From positions 1 to 64,000 of the IMG/VR virus record IMGVR_UViG_3300023174_000140: DNA of 64,000 nt, one strand, 5' to 3'. The notes beneath the pieces are model-generated. The model was given only the letters and a program-made list of their open reading frames with translations, searched no databases and had not been told where the DNA came from. Below, piece after piece: positions 1 through 9,712 of this stretch. Both the position numbers and the translations under genes were made by a program. This stretch comes from a virus. Numbering within the stretch: the stretch's first letter is position 1; every line of letters starts with the position of its first letter.

Positions 1-2
1 CA

Positions 3-836
3 GTTTGGAATGACGCTATCACCGCAATCAGAGAAGGAAGGTTTAGCGATCTTCCAGATATTCTCGACAAGAGCAAAGCTATTGCACGATTCTCTCACGG
101 CAAGATTGAAGTCCGTGATGGTCTTGTAACTTATGCTGGCGAAGAAATTCATAATATCGTTGTAGATAGAATCTTGAACTTTATTAAGAATGGTTTGCCT
201 TATGAGCCTCTTGTTAAGTTTCTTGATAAGCTAATGGCAAATCCTTCTCGTAGAGCAGTTAATGAACTCTACAAATTCTTGGAGCATAAGAAAATGCCTC
301 TCACACCAGATGGCGATTTCCTTGCATACAAGAGTGTTAGATCAGATTTTACTGATTGGTATAGTGGCAAACATAATTTTGCTATCGGCCAAGTCCGTGA
401 GATGGCAAGAAATCAAGTTTGTGATAATGCAGATGTTGGTTGTTCTGCTGGTTATCACGCTGGGTCAGAAGAATATGCAAAGAGTTTCAATGGTGGTGGT
501 AATCTTGTGATAGTTAAGATTAACCCTGCTGATGTTGTATCTGTTCCAACAGATTGCGAATGTCAGAAACTTCGTGCATCTAAACTAGAAGTTGTTGCAC
601 TATATCGTAAATCTCTTGACAAAGAACTTTATGATATTGCTTACGGAAACTTTATTCATCCATATCGTCCAGAAGCTATTGAAGCTATGCAAGAAATGTA
701 TGATGTAGACCCCGATGATGAATACGATGATGAAGATGAGGAAGATGATATTCCTAGTTGGGGAACTGATGGCACACTTAAAGCGAATTATCACAATAAG
801 CGTGACCCTAATACTGGAAGGTTTATCAAGGGATAA
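3..836 (+). CDS. rIIB: rIIB-like protein (5' partial)
   Basis: Frame is open from window start; motifs LMANPS..AVNELYKFL, TPDGDFLAYKSV, CSAGYH, VKINPADVVSVP typical of T4-like rIIB. Confidence 0.9.
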   Translation, partial: VWNDAITAIREGRFSDLPDILDKSKAIARFSHGKIEVRDGLVTYAGEEIHNIVVDRILNFIKNGLPYEPLVKFLDKLMANPSRRAVNELYKFLEHKKMPLTPDGDFLAYKSVRSDFTDWYSGKHNFAIGQVREMARNQVCDNADVGCSAGYHAGSEEYAKSFNGGGNLVIVKINPADVVSVPTDCECQKLRASKLEVVALYRKSLDKELYDIAYGNFIHPYRPEAIEAMQEMYDVDPDDEYDDEDEEDDIPSWGTDGTLKANYHNKRDPNTGRFIKG

Positions 837-1078
837 TGAAGTTAGGTTTGCACATTGATTGGTGCATAGGGAGATGGTTTGGTAGGAGCAATAATCTTGA
901 GATTAGAGTTACCCTACCGACCATCTCTCTCGGTTATAAACAAGAAGATGATGATAAATGGTTTGGATTTAAATTGAATTTAAGAACAGACATATCATTT
1001 GAATCATACGAATATGGAAAAAGATTTACCTTGATTTTTTTAGGATTTGGAGTTAAAGTAAGCAAGTTTTATATATGA
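836..1078 (+). CDS. hypothetical protein
   Basis: ORF coupled to rIIB stop (TAATG). Confidence 0.6.
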   Translation: MKLGLHIDWCIGRWFGRSNNLEIRVTLPTISLGYKQEDDDKWFGFKLNLRTDISFESYEYGKRFTLIFLGFGVKVSKFYI

Positions 1079-1272
1079 ACGAAGAAGATAATTTTAATTC
1101 AAAAGCTGGAAATCAATTAAGAGATACTTTATATAAAGATATATTAAGGTATGCTCAAGAAAGTGATATGACAGCGTATCAAGTTATTGGCGTTTTAGAA
1201 TCATTGAAATTTGATTTATTAAACGCTATGAGAAACGCACATATAGAAGAAGGAGATGAAGATGAAATCTAA
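1075..1272 (+). CDS. hypothetical protein
   Basis: ATGA-overlapping ORF in operon. Confidence 0.65.
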   Translation: MNEEDNFNSKAGNQLRDTLYKDILRYAQESDMTAYQVIGVLESLKFDLLNAMRNAHIEEGDEDEI

Positions 1273-1468
1273 TCGTGGCCGTAAAAAAGGTTCGTTTTGT
1301 TTTTCAATGATTCCATTGAGTGAACTTAATAAAGTATTGAAGCGAGATGCAGTCGTTATCGTATCAAAGAAATTCCTCGACAATTTAAATATAAAAGGAA
1401 TTGAAAAAGAAGTCAATACTAAAACCTATAATAGTTTAGAGCAAAGTATTGATTTTGAAGTAGTTTGA
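1256..1468 (+). CDS. hypothetical basic protein (RGRKKG N-terminus)
   Basis: ORF overlapping previous gene. Confidence 0.6.
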   Translation: MKMKSNRGRKKGSFCFSMIPLSELNKVLKRDAVVIVSKKFLDNLNIKGIEKEVNTKTYNSLEQSIDFEVV

Positions 1469-1513
1469 ACAAACTTCTTGATTACAAAACAAAACCCTTG
1501 TATAAAAACATAT

Positions 1514-2446
1514 ATGACAAAAGATAACTTCTCGGAAATCGTTGGACAAGAAAAGACAAAAGGTAAAATTAATTTCTTATTAGAAGGATTTAATCAAACA
1601 AGAATTATGCCTCATCTTCTTTTCGTTGCTCCAAGAGGATGTGGTAAAACTCTTATCGCTCAAAAAACAGCTAATCTAATGAATAGACAGAAAACTCTGA
1701 TTGTTAATTGTTCTACGATCAAGAATGTTAAGAGTTTCTTTAATCAGATTATGCTTCCTTATGTTGCAGATAAAGATATTACTATTATTTTTGATGAAGC
1801 TAGTGAATTGCCAAGAGATGTTACGATGGCACTTCTTACTATTTTAAATCCTAATTCCACTAATCAGAATGAATTTAGTTTTGAAGATGGAACTTATACC
1901 TTTAGATTCAATCAAAATTCTTTTATCTTTTGCACAACAGAAGCTCAAAAGATTTTTCACGCACTTCTTGATCGTCTTTATAGAATTGATCTTCAAGATT
2001 ATTCTTATATTGAATTGGGTAAGATTATTTCTGCAAATCTACTTACAAAAAAGCAAAAGATTAATGATTTGATTATTGACGAAGTGGCTAGTGTTTGTCG
2101 TGGTAATGCTCGACAAGCTCAATCTATGGCAAATCAAATTTCTGGTTATTTAGCAGGTAAAAAATCTAATGAATTGACTAGCGAAGGTTGGAAGGAAATT
2201 AAAAGCAAACTATCCATCTACCCTCTTGGCCTTTCAGAAATCGAACTTAATGTAATTAAAATTCTTAAAGAACACGGAGAAGTTAGACTAACTAACCTTT
2301 CAGCTAAAACTAATCTTACAAGAGATATGTTGCAAAAGAATGTTGAATTATATCTTGTTCGTAATAGTTTAATTGAAATTCGTCCAACTGGTAGAGCATT
2401 AACTAAAAAAGGTAGCGATTATCATACAGAACATTTATCTAAATGA
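1514..2446 (+). CDS. ruvB: RuvB-like Holliday junction branch-migration AAA+ ATPase
   Basis: EIVGQE, Walker A APRGCGKT, Walker B IFDE, CTT, LLDR, RGNAR, C-terminal winged helix VELYLV..LIEIRPTGR; ATG start at 1514. Confidence 0.85.
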   Translation: MTKDNFSEIVGQEKTKGKINFLLEGFNQTRIMPHLLFVAPRGCGKTLIAQKTANLMNRQKTLIVNCSTIKNVKSFFNQIMLPYVADKDITIIFDEASELPRDVTMALLTILNPNSTNQNEFSFEDGTYTFRFNQNSFIFCTTEAQKIFHALLDRLYRIDLQDYSYIELGKIISANLLTKKQKINDLIIDEVASVCRGNARQAQSMANQISGYLAGKKSNELTSEGWKEIKSKLSIYPLGLSEIELNVIKILKEHGEVRLTNLSAKTNLTRDMLQKNVELYLVRNSLIEIRPTGRALTKKGSDYHTEHLSK

Positions 2447-2643
2447 AAAATCAAAAAGTTAAAACTACAAAAGGAACTCCTATGGAAGTATTAAGCTATG
2501 ATACTAATATTAAAATGTTTTATTGTTTTGTGCCTCATCTAGATATGACGCTAACAATTCACCCTTCTGCTCTTGACTTAAATGAGAAAGAGTTAGATAA
2601 TCTAAAAATCGAGATGTCCCAAAATGAACAAAAAAATAATTGA
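2443..2643 (+). CDS. hypothetical protein
   Basis: ATGA-coupled ORF. Confidence 0.6.
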   Translation: MKNQKVKTTKGTPMEVLSYDTNIKMFYCFVPHLDMTLTIHPSALDLNEKELDNLKIEMSQNEQKNN

Positions 2644-2818
2644 TAAGATTGACCTAGTAATTGAGGATATAACATATCTTCAAGAGCTAATTGATTTTGA
2701 TACAACTGATTCCAGCGAATATGACTTGGATTCAGTAATAAATCTATTAGCTGAAATTCGTGGTAAAGTTTCAAATCAAGAGGACGAAGTAGAAAGAATT
2801 GATTTAAAACAATTATGA
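2624..2818 (+). CDS. hypothetical acidic protein
   Basis: overlapping ORF in operon. Confidence 0.6.
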   Translation: MNKKIIDKIDLVIEDITYLQELIDFDTTDSSEYDLDSVINLLAEIRGKVSNQEDEVERIDLKQL

Positions 2819-3063
2819 AATTACATCCTAAAATTAAAATGATCGCAGAGGAGTTTGGTGAATCCTATGAGTGGATTGCTGGCGATGAAAGTTTGTTTAT
2901 CAAGATTAGTAATCATTTCATAGATATTGTAAAGGAAAGATTGAAAACTTGCAATCTTGAATTTATCGAAGCTCAACAAAAAAACGATCACACTTATCTT
3001 TGGTTTCGTTCACCAGAGCAGAATGAGGCAGTTTATGATTTTGAAGATGAGGACGAAGAATGA
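2815..3063 (+). CDS. hypothetical protein
   Basis: ATGA-coupled ORF. Confidence 0.65.
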   Translation: MKLHPKIKMIAEEFGESYEWIAGDESLFIKISNHFIDIVKERLKTCNLEFIEAQQKNDHTYLWFRSPEQNEAVYDFEDEDEE

Positions 3064-3389
3064 ATATTTATGTAAGTGGACATAATTGGTTAGCAAAAGT
3101 TGATTTAGAAGATTCAATTAAAAAATCTGATAGATATACAGAAGCTACCACTAGAGCAATCGAAAGCCTTCTGGATGATGAAGAAAGACAAGGTGTTGAT
3201 TTAAAAATTATAGATTACAATGATTATGGTCTTGGAATTATTACCTTGACTTACGATGAAAAAGATATTAAAAATGAGGGAGAACATCGAGTAATGCTTA
3301 CAAGTAACATTCTAGCCAACGCTGGGCGTTGGGAAGAATATAAATTCTTGAGGGATTACGAAGAAAATTGTAAGGAGCAAGGATTATGA
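3060..3389 (+). CDS. hypothetical protein
   Basis: ATGA-coupled ORF. Confidence 0.7.
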   Translation: MNIYVSGHNWLAKVDLEDSIKKSDRYTEATTRAIESLLDDEERQGVDLKIIDYNDYGLGIITLTYDEKDIKNEGEHRVMLTSNILANAGRWEEYKFLRDYEENCKEQGL

Positions 3390-3733
3390 AACATAAAATA
3401 TTTTGGGAAAAGAATAGCAGAATCAAAGGAGTTGTTCCAGCAGAACAAATCATTGACAAAACATCTACGGATAAATTTCCTTGTGATGCGGTGACCATTC
3501 GTATGTATAATCTTAATGGTGAAAATCCAACGGCAACTGCATATTTTTACGGAAAAGAAACACAAGGAACATCTTGGGGTGGCTCAACTTGGAGTTTTCC
3601 AGAAACTAAACTTATGGTTACTTTTGATAAAGACAAAGAAGGTTATAGTTTTAATGGTGGACTTAAATCTTATTCTTTACAAGACCTTAAAGAAGTGTTA
3701 GATTCAGTAAGGGAAACCTTAAATAAAGTATGA
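3386..3733 (+). CDS. hypothetical protein
   Basis: ATGA-coupled ORF. Confidence 0.7.
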   Translation: MKHKIFWEKNSRIKGVVPAEQIIDKTSTDKFPCDAVTIRMYNLNGENPTATAYFYGKETQGTSWGGSTWSFPETKLMVTFDKDKEGYSFNGGLKSYSLQDLKEVLDSVRETLNKV

Positions 3734-4404
3734 GTCAAAAACAAACATTTGAAGAAATGATGCAAAGTTTTAGATTTCACAAGAATCCTATTTTAAATTG
3801 GGCTTTTGGTCAGTCTAATTATTTGTATCATACTTTTTTAAATAGTAAATGGAAAGTAAGAAATGCTTTTCAAAAATTGACTAGAGGCTTTTCTGATAGT
3901 GATTGCTGGAATCTTCCTCAATCTACTGCGAAGTTTATGCTTCCACGAATCAAGCATCTTCGACAAAACTATCATAGTCTTGCTAATCGCCACCATCTAG
4001 TTATTAATGATAAGATTGTTCCTTATGTTGGGCAAGAAGATAATTTTGAATTTAATTCAACCCTTGGATGTTATACAGACAAAACAACTGGCTTGGGAAT
4101 TTCCCTAGATCAAAAAGAATATGAATATATTTTAGATGAAATTATCTTTGCACTCCAAACTATTGTTGATGAAGATGATATTAATGTAAGCTTAGAAGAA
4201 GTTTATGAAGTTTATCCACAAGGATTTGACCCTATTAAAGATCGTCAAATGTTTCTTGAGAAACAAGAAGATGGAACATATCTAGTTGAATTTGAAAGAA
4301 AAGAAAACATTCAACCAGATTATTCAAAATTAAATAAAGCCTATGAGCGTCAAAGAAATGGACTTCTTTTGCTTGGACTTTATTTTAAAGACTTATGGGA
4401 TTAA
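3730..4404 (+). CDS. hypothetical phage protein (RGFSDSDCWNL...ILDEIIFA...LGLYFKDLWD)
   Basis: 224-aa coupled ORF; motif pattern common in uncharacterised phage proteins. Confidence 0.8.
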   Translation: MSQKQTFEEMMQSFRFHKNPILNWAFGQSNYLYHTFLNSKWKVRNAFQKLTRGFSDSDCWNLPQSTAKFMLPRIKHLRQNYHSLANRHHLVINDKIVPYVGQEDNFEFNSTLGCYTDKTTGLGISLDQKEYEYILDEIIFALQTIVDEDDINVSLEEVYEVYPQGFDPIKDRQMFLEKQEDGTYLVEFERKENIQPDYSKLNKAYERQRNGLLLLGLYFKDLWD

Positions 4405-4513
4405 ATTATGCACAACGATAAAATACTATTAGACATTAAAAGAAGTTTGGTTGATATATCTCAATCATTATATAATTTATCACTTGATATTAATAAAATA
4501 ACAAGAAAAATTA

Positions 4514-4759
4514 TTGAAGAAGATGAAAAAGAAGAAAGAAAGAATGACAAGCGAAGAATTTGAGAAAGCTATGAAAGCTCAAGGCTGTTTCGTGAGCAAA
4601 GTTTATTATCGTATCACATTTAAAGGTATGGGGCTTTATATTTTAAATTCATTTCAATTTAAATTATTGCCTAAATTTTTTTATATGAGTGGCAAATACT
4701 TTACTGAATGTGGATTTCATTGGTTAGGATGGATTTTCGAGTTTCAATGGAATAGATAA
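4514..4759 (+). CDS. hypothetical protein
   Basis: ORF; start uncertain. Confidence 0.5.
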   Translation: MKKMKKKKERMTSEEFEKAMKAQGCFVSKVYYRITFKGMGLYILNSFQFKLLPKFFYMSGKYFTECGFHWLGWIFEFQWNR

Positions 4760-5061
4760 TGAAACCTAGATACGATTTTACTAAAGGAAAATTAATTTCA
4801 TACGATGGTGAAATTATTGAGTTTGCTGGTTCAGCAGTAGTAGACAAGTATCCAGATCAAGTGCAAGAAATAATGGATTTATTTGATTTTAAAAAAGGCG
4901 AATACCTTGTGACTGATGAAAGCTCTGTTGGGGATTTTGAAAAACAGAATATGAATCCTAAAAAATTACAAAAATTTAAGAAAAAATACGGATTCAGTTT
5001 GACAAATAAATCAAACATAAGTAAGATAGCTGAAAGGATGTATAACTTTAGACCATTTTAA
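4759..5061 (+). CDS. hypothetical protein
   Basis: TAATG-coupled ORF. Confidence 0.7.
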   Translation: MKPRYDFTKGKLISYDGEIIEFAGSAVVDKYPDQVQEIMDLFDFKKGEYLVTDESSVGDFEKQNMNPKKLQKFKKKYGFSLTNKSNISKIAERMYNFRPF

Positions 5062-5064
5062 TTT

Positions 5065-5355
5065 ATGAAATATACAATAACATCACAAGATACAGAGTCA
5101 CTCATTGAATTTGACAAGATTAAAGAAGGAGAAGTTTTTTCTTTCTTTGACCCCGAATCTGTTCAAAGAGGCAATCACGCAATCTATATGAAGATCAGAG
5201 TTCCTAATACTACTAGCGTAAATATTCTAGATTTAGAAGATGGAAAGGCTTATGACTTTTCTAATAAAAAGCGTAATACGATTAATGACCCCGATGAAAA
5301 GCAGGGCAATCGAGTTTATAAACTAAACGCAAAAATTAATATTGTTGTATTATGA
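5065..5355 (+). CDS. hypothetical protein
   Basis: ORF in operon. Confidence 0.7.
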   Translation: MKYTITSQDTESLIEFDKIKEGEVFSFFDPESVQRGNHAIYMKIRVPNTTSVNILDLEDGKAYDFSNKKRNTINDPDEKQGNRVYKLNAKINIVVL

Positions 5356-5543
5356 AGGTAATAAGATACATAAAACAATTAGAAGATGAATTTGGAAATG
5401 ACCTTGAATTATGGGGAGCTTACGAAGAAACTTGTAAAGATAATTACCCTAGTGTTGATTTAATTGACGCTAAACTATTAAAAACTTTTCCAAGTCCTTA
5501 TCACGCAAGGAATTGGATGGAAAATGATGGTAAGAACAATTAA
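5352..5543 (+). CDS. hypothetical protein
   Basis: ATGA-coupled ORF. Confidence 0.6.
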   Translation: MKVIRYIKQLEDEFGNDLELWGAYEETCKDNYPSVDLIDAKLLKTFPSPYHARNWMENDGKNN

Positions 5544-5547
5544 TTCT

Positions 5548-5581
5548 TTGACTTAAATTAAATTTAAATTATATTTGAGTT
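5548..5581 (+). promoter_or_regulatory. sigma70-type promoter giving leaderless mRNA (representative of >15 copies)
   Basis: TTGACT-N16-TATATT-N6-ATG; -35 box starts 34 nt before ATG, also at 6652, 11976, 16695, 19039, 19306, 19621, 20271, 20897, 21939, 23451, 23845, 24922, 25971, 26923 (+) and 29513, 30294, 31482 (-). Confidence 0.85.
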
Positions 5582-6256
5582 ATGGATACAACTAAACCAG
5601 ATCAGTTTTTCGCCAGCTTTAATGAGCTTCATCGCCACAAGGTAGAAGCCTACAAGCAGTATTGGGAAACACTTAAACCTTTAACCAACGATGATATTTT
5701 TAGGCGTTATCTTTTCGCCTTCTGCTCGGTTCATACTACTTGGGAAGGTAATATCAAGGGTTATCTTGCTATTCGTGACTTTATTTATTGGAGATATAAT
5801 CGCAAGGAATTGTTAAAGCGTCTTACTCGTTCTGGCGTTGGTTGTCAGAATGAACGCACAGATTATATTTGGGACTTTGCAAAAGACTTCTGGCAGAATC
5901 CTAAAGACTTTGTTTGTTATAACAAGAAACATTATGTTAAGGTTCGTGATAGTCTTGTTGAGCGTATTCGTGGATTGAGCTATGCTAAAGTTAGCTTTGC
6001 TCTTGAAATGATTAATCCTAATCATACCAAAGTTGTATGCGGTGATGTTCACCATCTTCGCTTTTATGGTATGGAAAATTTGAAATACACCAAGTCAAAG
6101 GTTGGTGCGATGAAATACAAAGCGATGGAGAAGCATTGGATTGATAATTGCGATAAACTAGGCGTTCCTTCGTATATTGTTCGTTGCCTTATGTGGGATG
6201 ATATTCAGAAACAAGCTGATAGCGATTATTGGGGATATGTTCTCAAGCCATTTTAA
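5582..6256 (+). CDS. HhH-superfamily DNA glycosylase/lyase (OGG2/thermostable 8-oxoG glycosylase-like)
   Basis: HhH-like RDSLVERIRGLSYAKVSFAL followed by VCGDVHHLR (catalytic Asp/His region); FAFCSVHT. Confidence 0.65.
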   Translation: MDTTKPDQFFASFNELHRHKVEAYKQYWETLKPLTNDDIFRRYLFAFCSVHTTWEGNIKGYLAIRDFIYWRYNRKELLKRLTRSGVGCQNERTDYIWDFAKDFWQNPKDFVCYNKKHYVKVRDSLVERIRGLSYAKVSFALEMINPNHTKVVCGDVHHLRFYGMENLKYTKSKVGAMKYKAMEKHWIDNCDKLGVPSYIVRCLMWDDIQKQADSDYWGYVLKPF

Positions 6257-6257
6257 T

Positions 6258-6455
6258 ATGAAAGCATCATCTTATTTTACAGATGGAGAGATTGAATTAG
6301 CGATGGGTATTCTTGGAGACTTGTTAAGCAACAAAGATTTTCTAGATGAAATTTCAATATCTCACGATGCTACTGATAAATATTATAAATTAGTAGACAA
6401 GATAGATGTTTATTTTAATGATTTTGATTTAAAGAATGAGACTCCACAAGAATGA
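6258..6455 (+). CDS. hypothetical protein
   Basis: ATG directly after upstream stop. Confidence 0.6.
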   Translation: MKASSYFTDGEIELAMGILGDLLSNKDFLDEISISHDATDKYYKLVDKIDVYFNDFDLKNETPQE

Positions 6456-6655
6456 AATTAAAAGATTTAATTAACCGCAAGATTCTTTATCTTAACTTTC
6501 CTATCAATAGACACGCAATTCAAGAAGGAAAGGTAACAGAGATTTCTCCATCTGAAAAATGTATTAAAATAAATTCTGATTGGCACTTGATTACTAATAT
6601 TCGTATTATAGAATTGTTTTCTGAAAAAGAAAGACCAGCATTAGGATTTAATTGA
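6452..6655 (+). CDS. hypothetical protein
   Basis: ATGA-coupled ORF. Confidence 0.6.
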   Translation: MKLKDLINRKILYLNFPINRHAIQEGKVTEISPSEKCIKINSDWHLITNIRIIELFSEKERPALGFN

Positions 6656-6685
6656 CATTAAATTAAAATGAAGCATAATCAAGAA

Positions 6686-6826
6686 ATGGAAAAAGCAATT
6701 AGACTTCTAGAGGAACTTGTTAATCAAGCTGACGAAGATTGTCCTCAAGATTGTAGAACAATGCACTTCGTTAATGCTCTTGAAGAAGCTAGTGAATTTA
6801 TAATGGAGTATAAAAACGCAAAATGA
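6686..6826 (+). CDS. small hypothetical protein (46 aa, MEKAIRLLEELVNQADEDCP...)
   Basis: Below ORF-track cutoff; leaderless promoter TTGACA at 6652. Confidence 0.65.
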   Translation: MEKAIRLLEELVNQADEDCPQDCRTMHFVNALEEASEFIMEYKNAK

Positions 6827-7032
6827 AACTAGGACGAGTTTGTGTAGATTTAAATTATATTGTAGATATGGACAATCAAGAAATGGTTGAACGAGCTATT
6901 GAATGTCTTTACGAAGATTTGATGCAAGGAGTGAAGTATGGTAATATCACTAACTGGATTGATGTTATCGAAGATAAGAACGCAAAAGAAGATATGATTC
7001 CAGAGTTTTTATTGGAGAAAGAAAATGACTAA
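6823..7032 (+). CDS. hypothetical protein
   Basis: ATGA-coupled ORF. Confidence 0.65.
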   Translation: MKLGRVCVDLNYIVDMDNQEMVERAIECLYEDLMQGVKYGNITNWIDVIEDKNAKEDMIPEFLLEKEND

Positions 7033-7216
7033 TCCAAGATCAAAAATTCTATCAGACTTAAAGAAAGCATATCTTAAAGAGCATCCTACCACCCTTGTAG
7101 ATAGGATTCTAGGGTATTTAAATAATCTAACAGATTTTCAACTTTGTCAATTATACTCTGAAAAGTATGAAACTAACCCAAAATATATGGCAGAGCAGTT
7201 TGAATTTAAATTCTAA
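7025..7216 (+). CDS. hypothetical protein
   Basis: overlapping ORF. Confidence 0.6.
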   Translation: MTNPRSKILSDLKKAYLKEHPTTLVDRILGYLNNLTDFQLCQLYSEKYETNPKYMAEQFEFKF

Positions 7217-7231
7217 TGTGTAATTAGAATT

Positions 7232-7441
7232 ATGGGCAAAAAAAAAGTAGACAAATCACGAATAGAAAAAGGTTTAGAAAAAGAAGAAAAGACTTTTGCT
7301 TTAATGGCTAAAAAAATTATTGACGCTATTAAAGATGAAAAAGAATTAAGAGCTTTTGCAAAAACTTCATTAGAAATACTTTACAAAGACAATCCAAACT
7401 TATTCGCAGATCACGCAAAATTAAAGTTGAAGAAAAAATAA
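7232..7441 (+). CDS. small basic protein
   Basis: GTGTAA-N8-ATG motif upstream (7218). Confidence 0.65.
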   Translation: MGKKKVDKSRIEKGLEKEEKTFALMAKKIIDAIKDEKELRAFAKTSLEILYKDNPNLFADHAKLKLKKK

Positions 7442-7462
7442 ATTCAAGTTAGTATATAAAAT

Positions 7463-7648
7463 ATGCAAGAAGAAGTCAAGACACTTCGCACAATGAAACA
7501 ATTTGTAGCTTGGTATGAAACTAATGTGGACAATACCTTACTTCCAGCAAGCGTAGCGTTGGACTTGAATGAATTTTATATTAAATTTAAATTTCTAATT
7601 AATCAAGAAGATGAAATGAATGAATATCTTAAAAACTTTTTGGGATAA
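7463..7648 (+). CDS. hypothetical protein
   Basis: ORF in run. Confidence 0.6.
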   Translation: MQEEVKTLRTMKQFVAWYETNVDNTLLPASVALDLNEFYIKFKFLINQEDEMNEYLKNFLG

Positions 7649-7650
7649 TT

Positions 7651-7833
7651 ATGGAAAATCAAAAAACAATAATAGGTAGAGTAAATAAAGAACTTGAAGA
7701 ACTAGAAAATGATATTACAGCTTTAGTTGAATGGCACGATAATAACCATAAAGATATTTCTGGAATTAAATGGCAGGAACTATCTAAAGTAGAAGCACTT
7801 GTAAAGAAAATCAAAAAATATATTAAAAAATAA
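7651..7833 (+). CDS. hypothetical coiled-coil protein
   Basis: ORF in run. Confidence 0.6.
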   Translation: MENQKTIIGRVNKELEELENDITALVEWHDNNHKDISGIKWQELSKVEALVKKIKKYIKK

Positions 7834-7897
7834 CTTGCGTGTAAGTTAAAATGTGAGTATAAGTAAGGTTAAGAGGACACCATATACATTAGCAATT

Positions 7898-8194
7898 ATG
7901 AAATTAAGCAAACATAACCAAAAAATCGTAGACTTTATTGAAACTGGCTATTCAGATTATTCTGACAAGATTCTTCTTGCAGATGGGTTTGATGATGCTT
8001 TTATCGGAGTTGGTGATAATGCAGAGGGAAATCCAGTAGCAATTTATTCTATTGAGAAATGTTTAGATATTCTTGCAGAACAATTTAAAGATCAAGAAGA
8101 TCCTCAAGGCGAGGCTATTGATTATTTTGAATTTAATGTAAGATGTTCTTATGTTGGAGAATTTACTCCAATGTTTATAAATACTTTATCATAA
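7898..8194 (+). CDS. conserved hypothetical phage protein (LLADGFDDAFIG...EAIDYFEFN..SYVGE.TP)
   Basis: motif widespread in aquatic phages; ATG at 7898 preferred over GTG 7853. Confidence 0.75.
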   Translation: MKLSKHNQKIVDFIETGYSDYSDKILLADGFDDAFIGVGDNAEGNPVAIYSIEKCLDILAEQFKDQEDPQGEAIDYFEFNVRCSYVGEFTPMFINTLS

Positions 8195-8523
8195 TGAAAT
8201 TACCTAAACTTGACTTACTTGATCTCGCCACAACCTATATTTTCTTTGGCCTTATCTATGGCACGATTATAACTTTAACTTGGAATTATCTTTTTGAGCC
8301 AGTTACTTTTGTTCATCTATCTATTCTTCAAGGATTTGGTATGCACTTGATTGCTAGGATTCTTTTTGGTAATACTAATACAAATTATATTAGTAATTTT
8401 TATAGCCAAAAAACTCCAGACCTAGATAAGATTGATGGTTATTTGAAAGAAATACAAGCAGATTTAGACAAAGAAGCAGAAGAAGTTGAAAGACAATACG
8501 AAGATTTAGATAAAAAAGATTAG
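8194..8523 (+). CDS. membrane protein
   Basis: two hydrophobic segments; TAATG coupling. Confidence 0.65.
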   Translation: MKLPKLDLLDLATTYIFFGLIYGTIITLTWNYLFEPVTFVHLSILQGFGMHLIARILFGNTNTNYISNFYSQKTPDLDKIDGYLKEIQADLDKEAEEVERQYEDLDKKD

Positions 8524-8524
8524 T

Positions 8525-8938
8525 ATGAACTTCAATAAGATTATTGAGGTTACTTATGCCCTTATCAATAAGCATAATGCAGATTTAAGATGTAGACACT
8601 TTAGTTTTATTCTTGACCGCAATCGTATTATAAGTATTGGAATGAACTCTACAAAAACTCATCCAATGAATTTAAAATACAATTATATTAATAAAAATAA
8701 AGAAAAGATTAGCGATATTGTTGGAACTCATAGCGAGCTAAATGCTGTTATAAAATTAGGTATAGAAGATTGTTCTAAATTAACTCTTGTTAATACTAGA
8801 ATCAATAGAAATAATCTGCTAGATCATTCTGCTCCTTGTCACGGATGCTCGGATATGATTAAACAATTAAATTTTAAAAATGTTTATCATACAGATAGTC
8901 AAGCGGATTTTATTCAATACAATATAAATAAAAACTAG
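8525..8938 (+). CDS. Zn-dependent cytidine/dCMP-deaminase-fold protein
   Basis: IISIGMN, HSE (HxE) and APCHGC (PCxxC) motifs. Confidence 0.8.
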   Translation: MNFNKIIEVTYALINKHNADLRCRHFSFILDRNRIISIGMNSTKTHPMNLKYNYINKNKEKISDIVGTHSELNAVIKLGIEDCSKLTLVNTRINRNNLLDHSAPCHGCSDMIKQLNFKNVYHTDSQADFIQYNINKN

Positions 8939-9370
8939 ACAAAGTTATTTATGTAATATAAAATGTATTTGACAATATTTAATATATAAAGTAACCTATA
9001 TTATAGGTAAAATGAAAAAGTCTTTTGGTCTTAAAACTGATTTCACTTGGGAAGAAGTGCGTCCAGACGCAACGATGAATGATTATATAATTGTTTTTGA
9101 TTTTGATAATTTTTGTATATTCTGCGAAAACACAAACAGAAAATATATTGAAGTAAAAAATTCTTTAGATAACACAAACTCATAATATATAATACATTAT
9201 GAATAAAGAAGCCTTGCGAAAAGAATTAGATTTTTACATTGAAAAAATAAACTCCTATCAAAAAGATATTTTAAGAATAGAAGGAATAATTGCTTATTTA
9301 CAAAATAAAATCAAAGAATTTGAAAATTCTAACTTGACAAATAGTTAAAATATTAATAATATTAATCATT

Positions 9371-9547
9371 ATGGCAAACAGACCCAAAACATACTTTGTT
9401 AAAATGACAGATAACACTAATGGCACATTTACGATTAGTGAAGCAAAGGTTCTTGATAAAGTCAATCAACATACTCGTCATTGGCGTTCCTTTGACAAGC
9501 GTAAATTGACCAGCAAGCTCCGAGCTTCTGATCTTCTTACAAAGTAA
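9371..9547 (+). CDS. small basic protein (58 aa, MANRPKTYFVKM...)
   Basis: below cutoff; TTGACA promoter at 9334 and downstream hairpin. Confidence 0.6.
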   Translation: MANRPKTYFVKMTDNTNGTFTISEAKVLDKVNQHTRHWRSFDKRKLTSKLRASDLLTK

Positions 9548-9712
9548 TTCTATTATAGGATACATTCATAGGGATTAAAACTCCCTATGGGTGTAACTTA
9601 TATTGTTATGAAGTCTATTAATCATAAGGAATTATCTAGTCGCTAGAAGAAGTTAATCTAGCTTGACATTTTAATCAATTTAAATTAATCTTAAATAAGT
9701 CGAGGACAAGTT

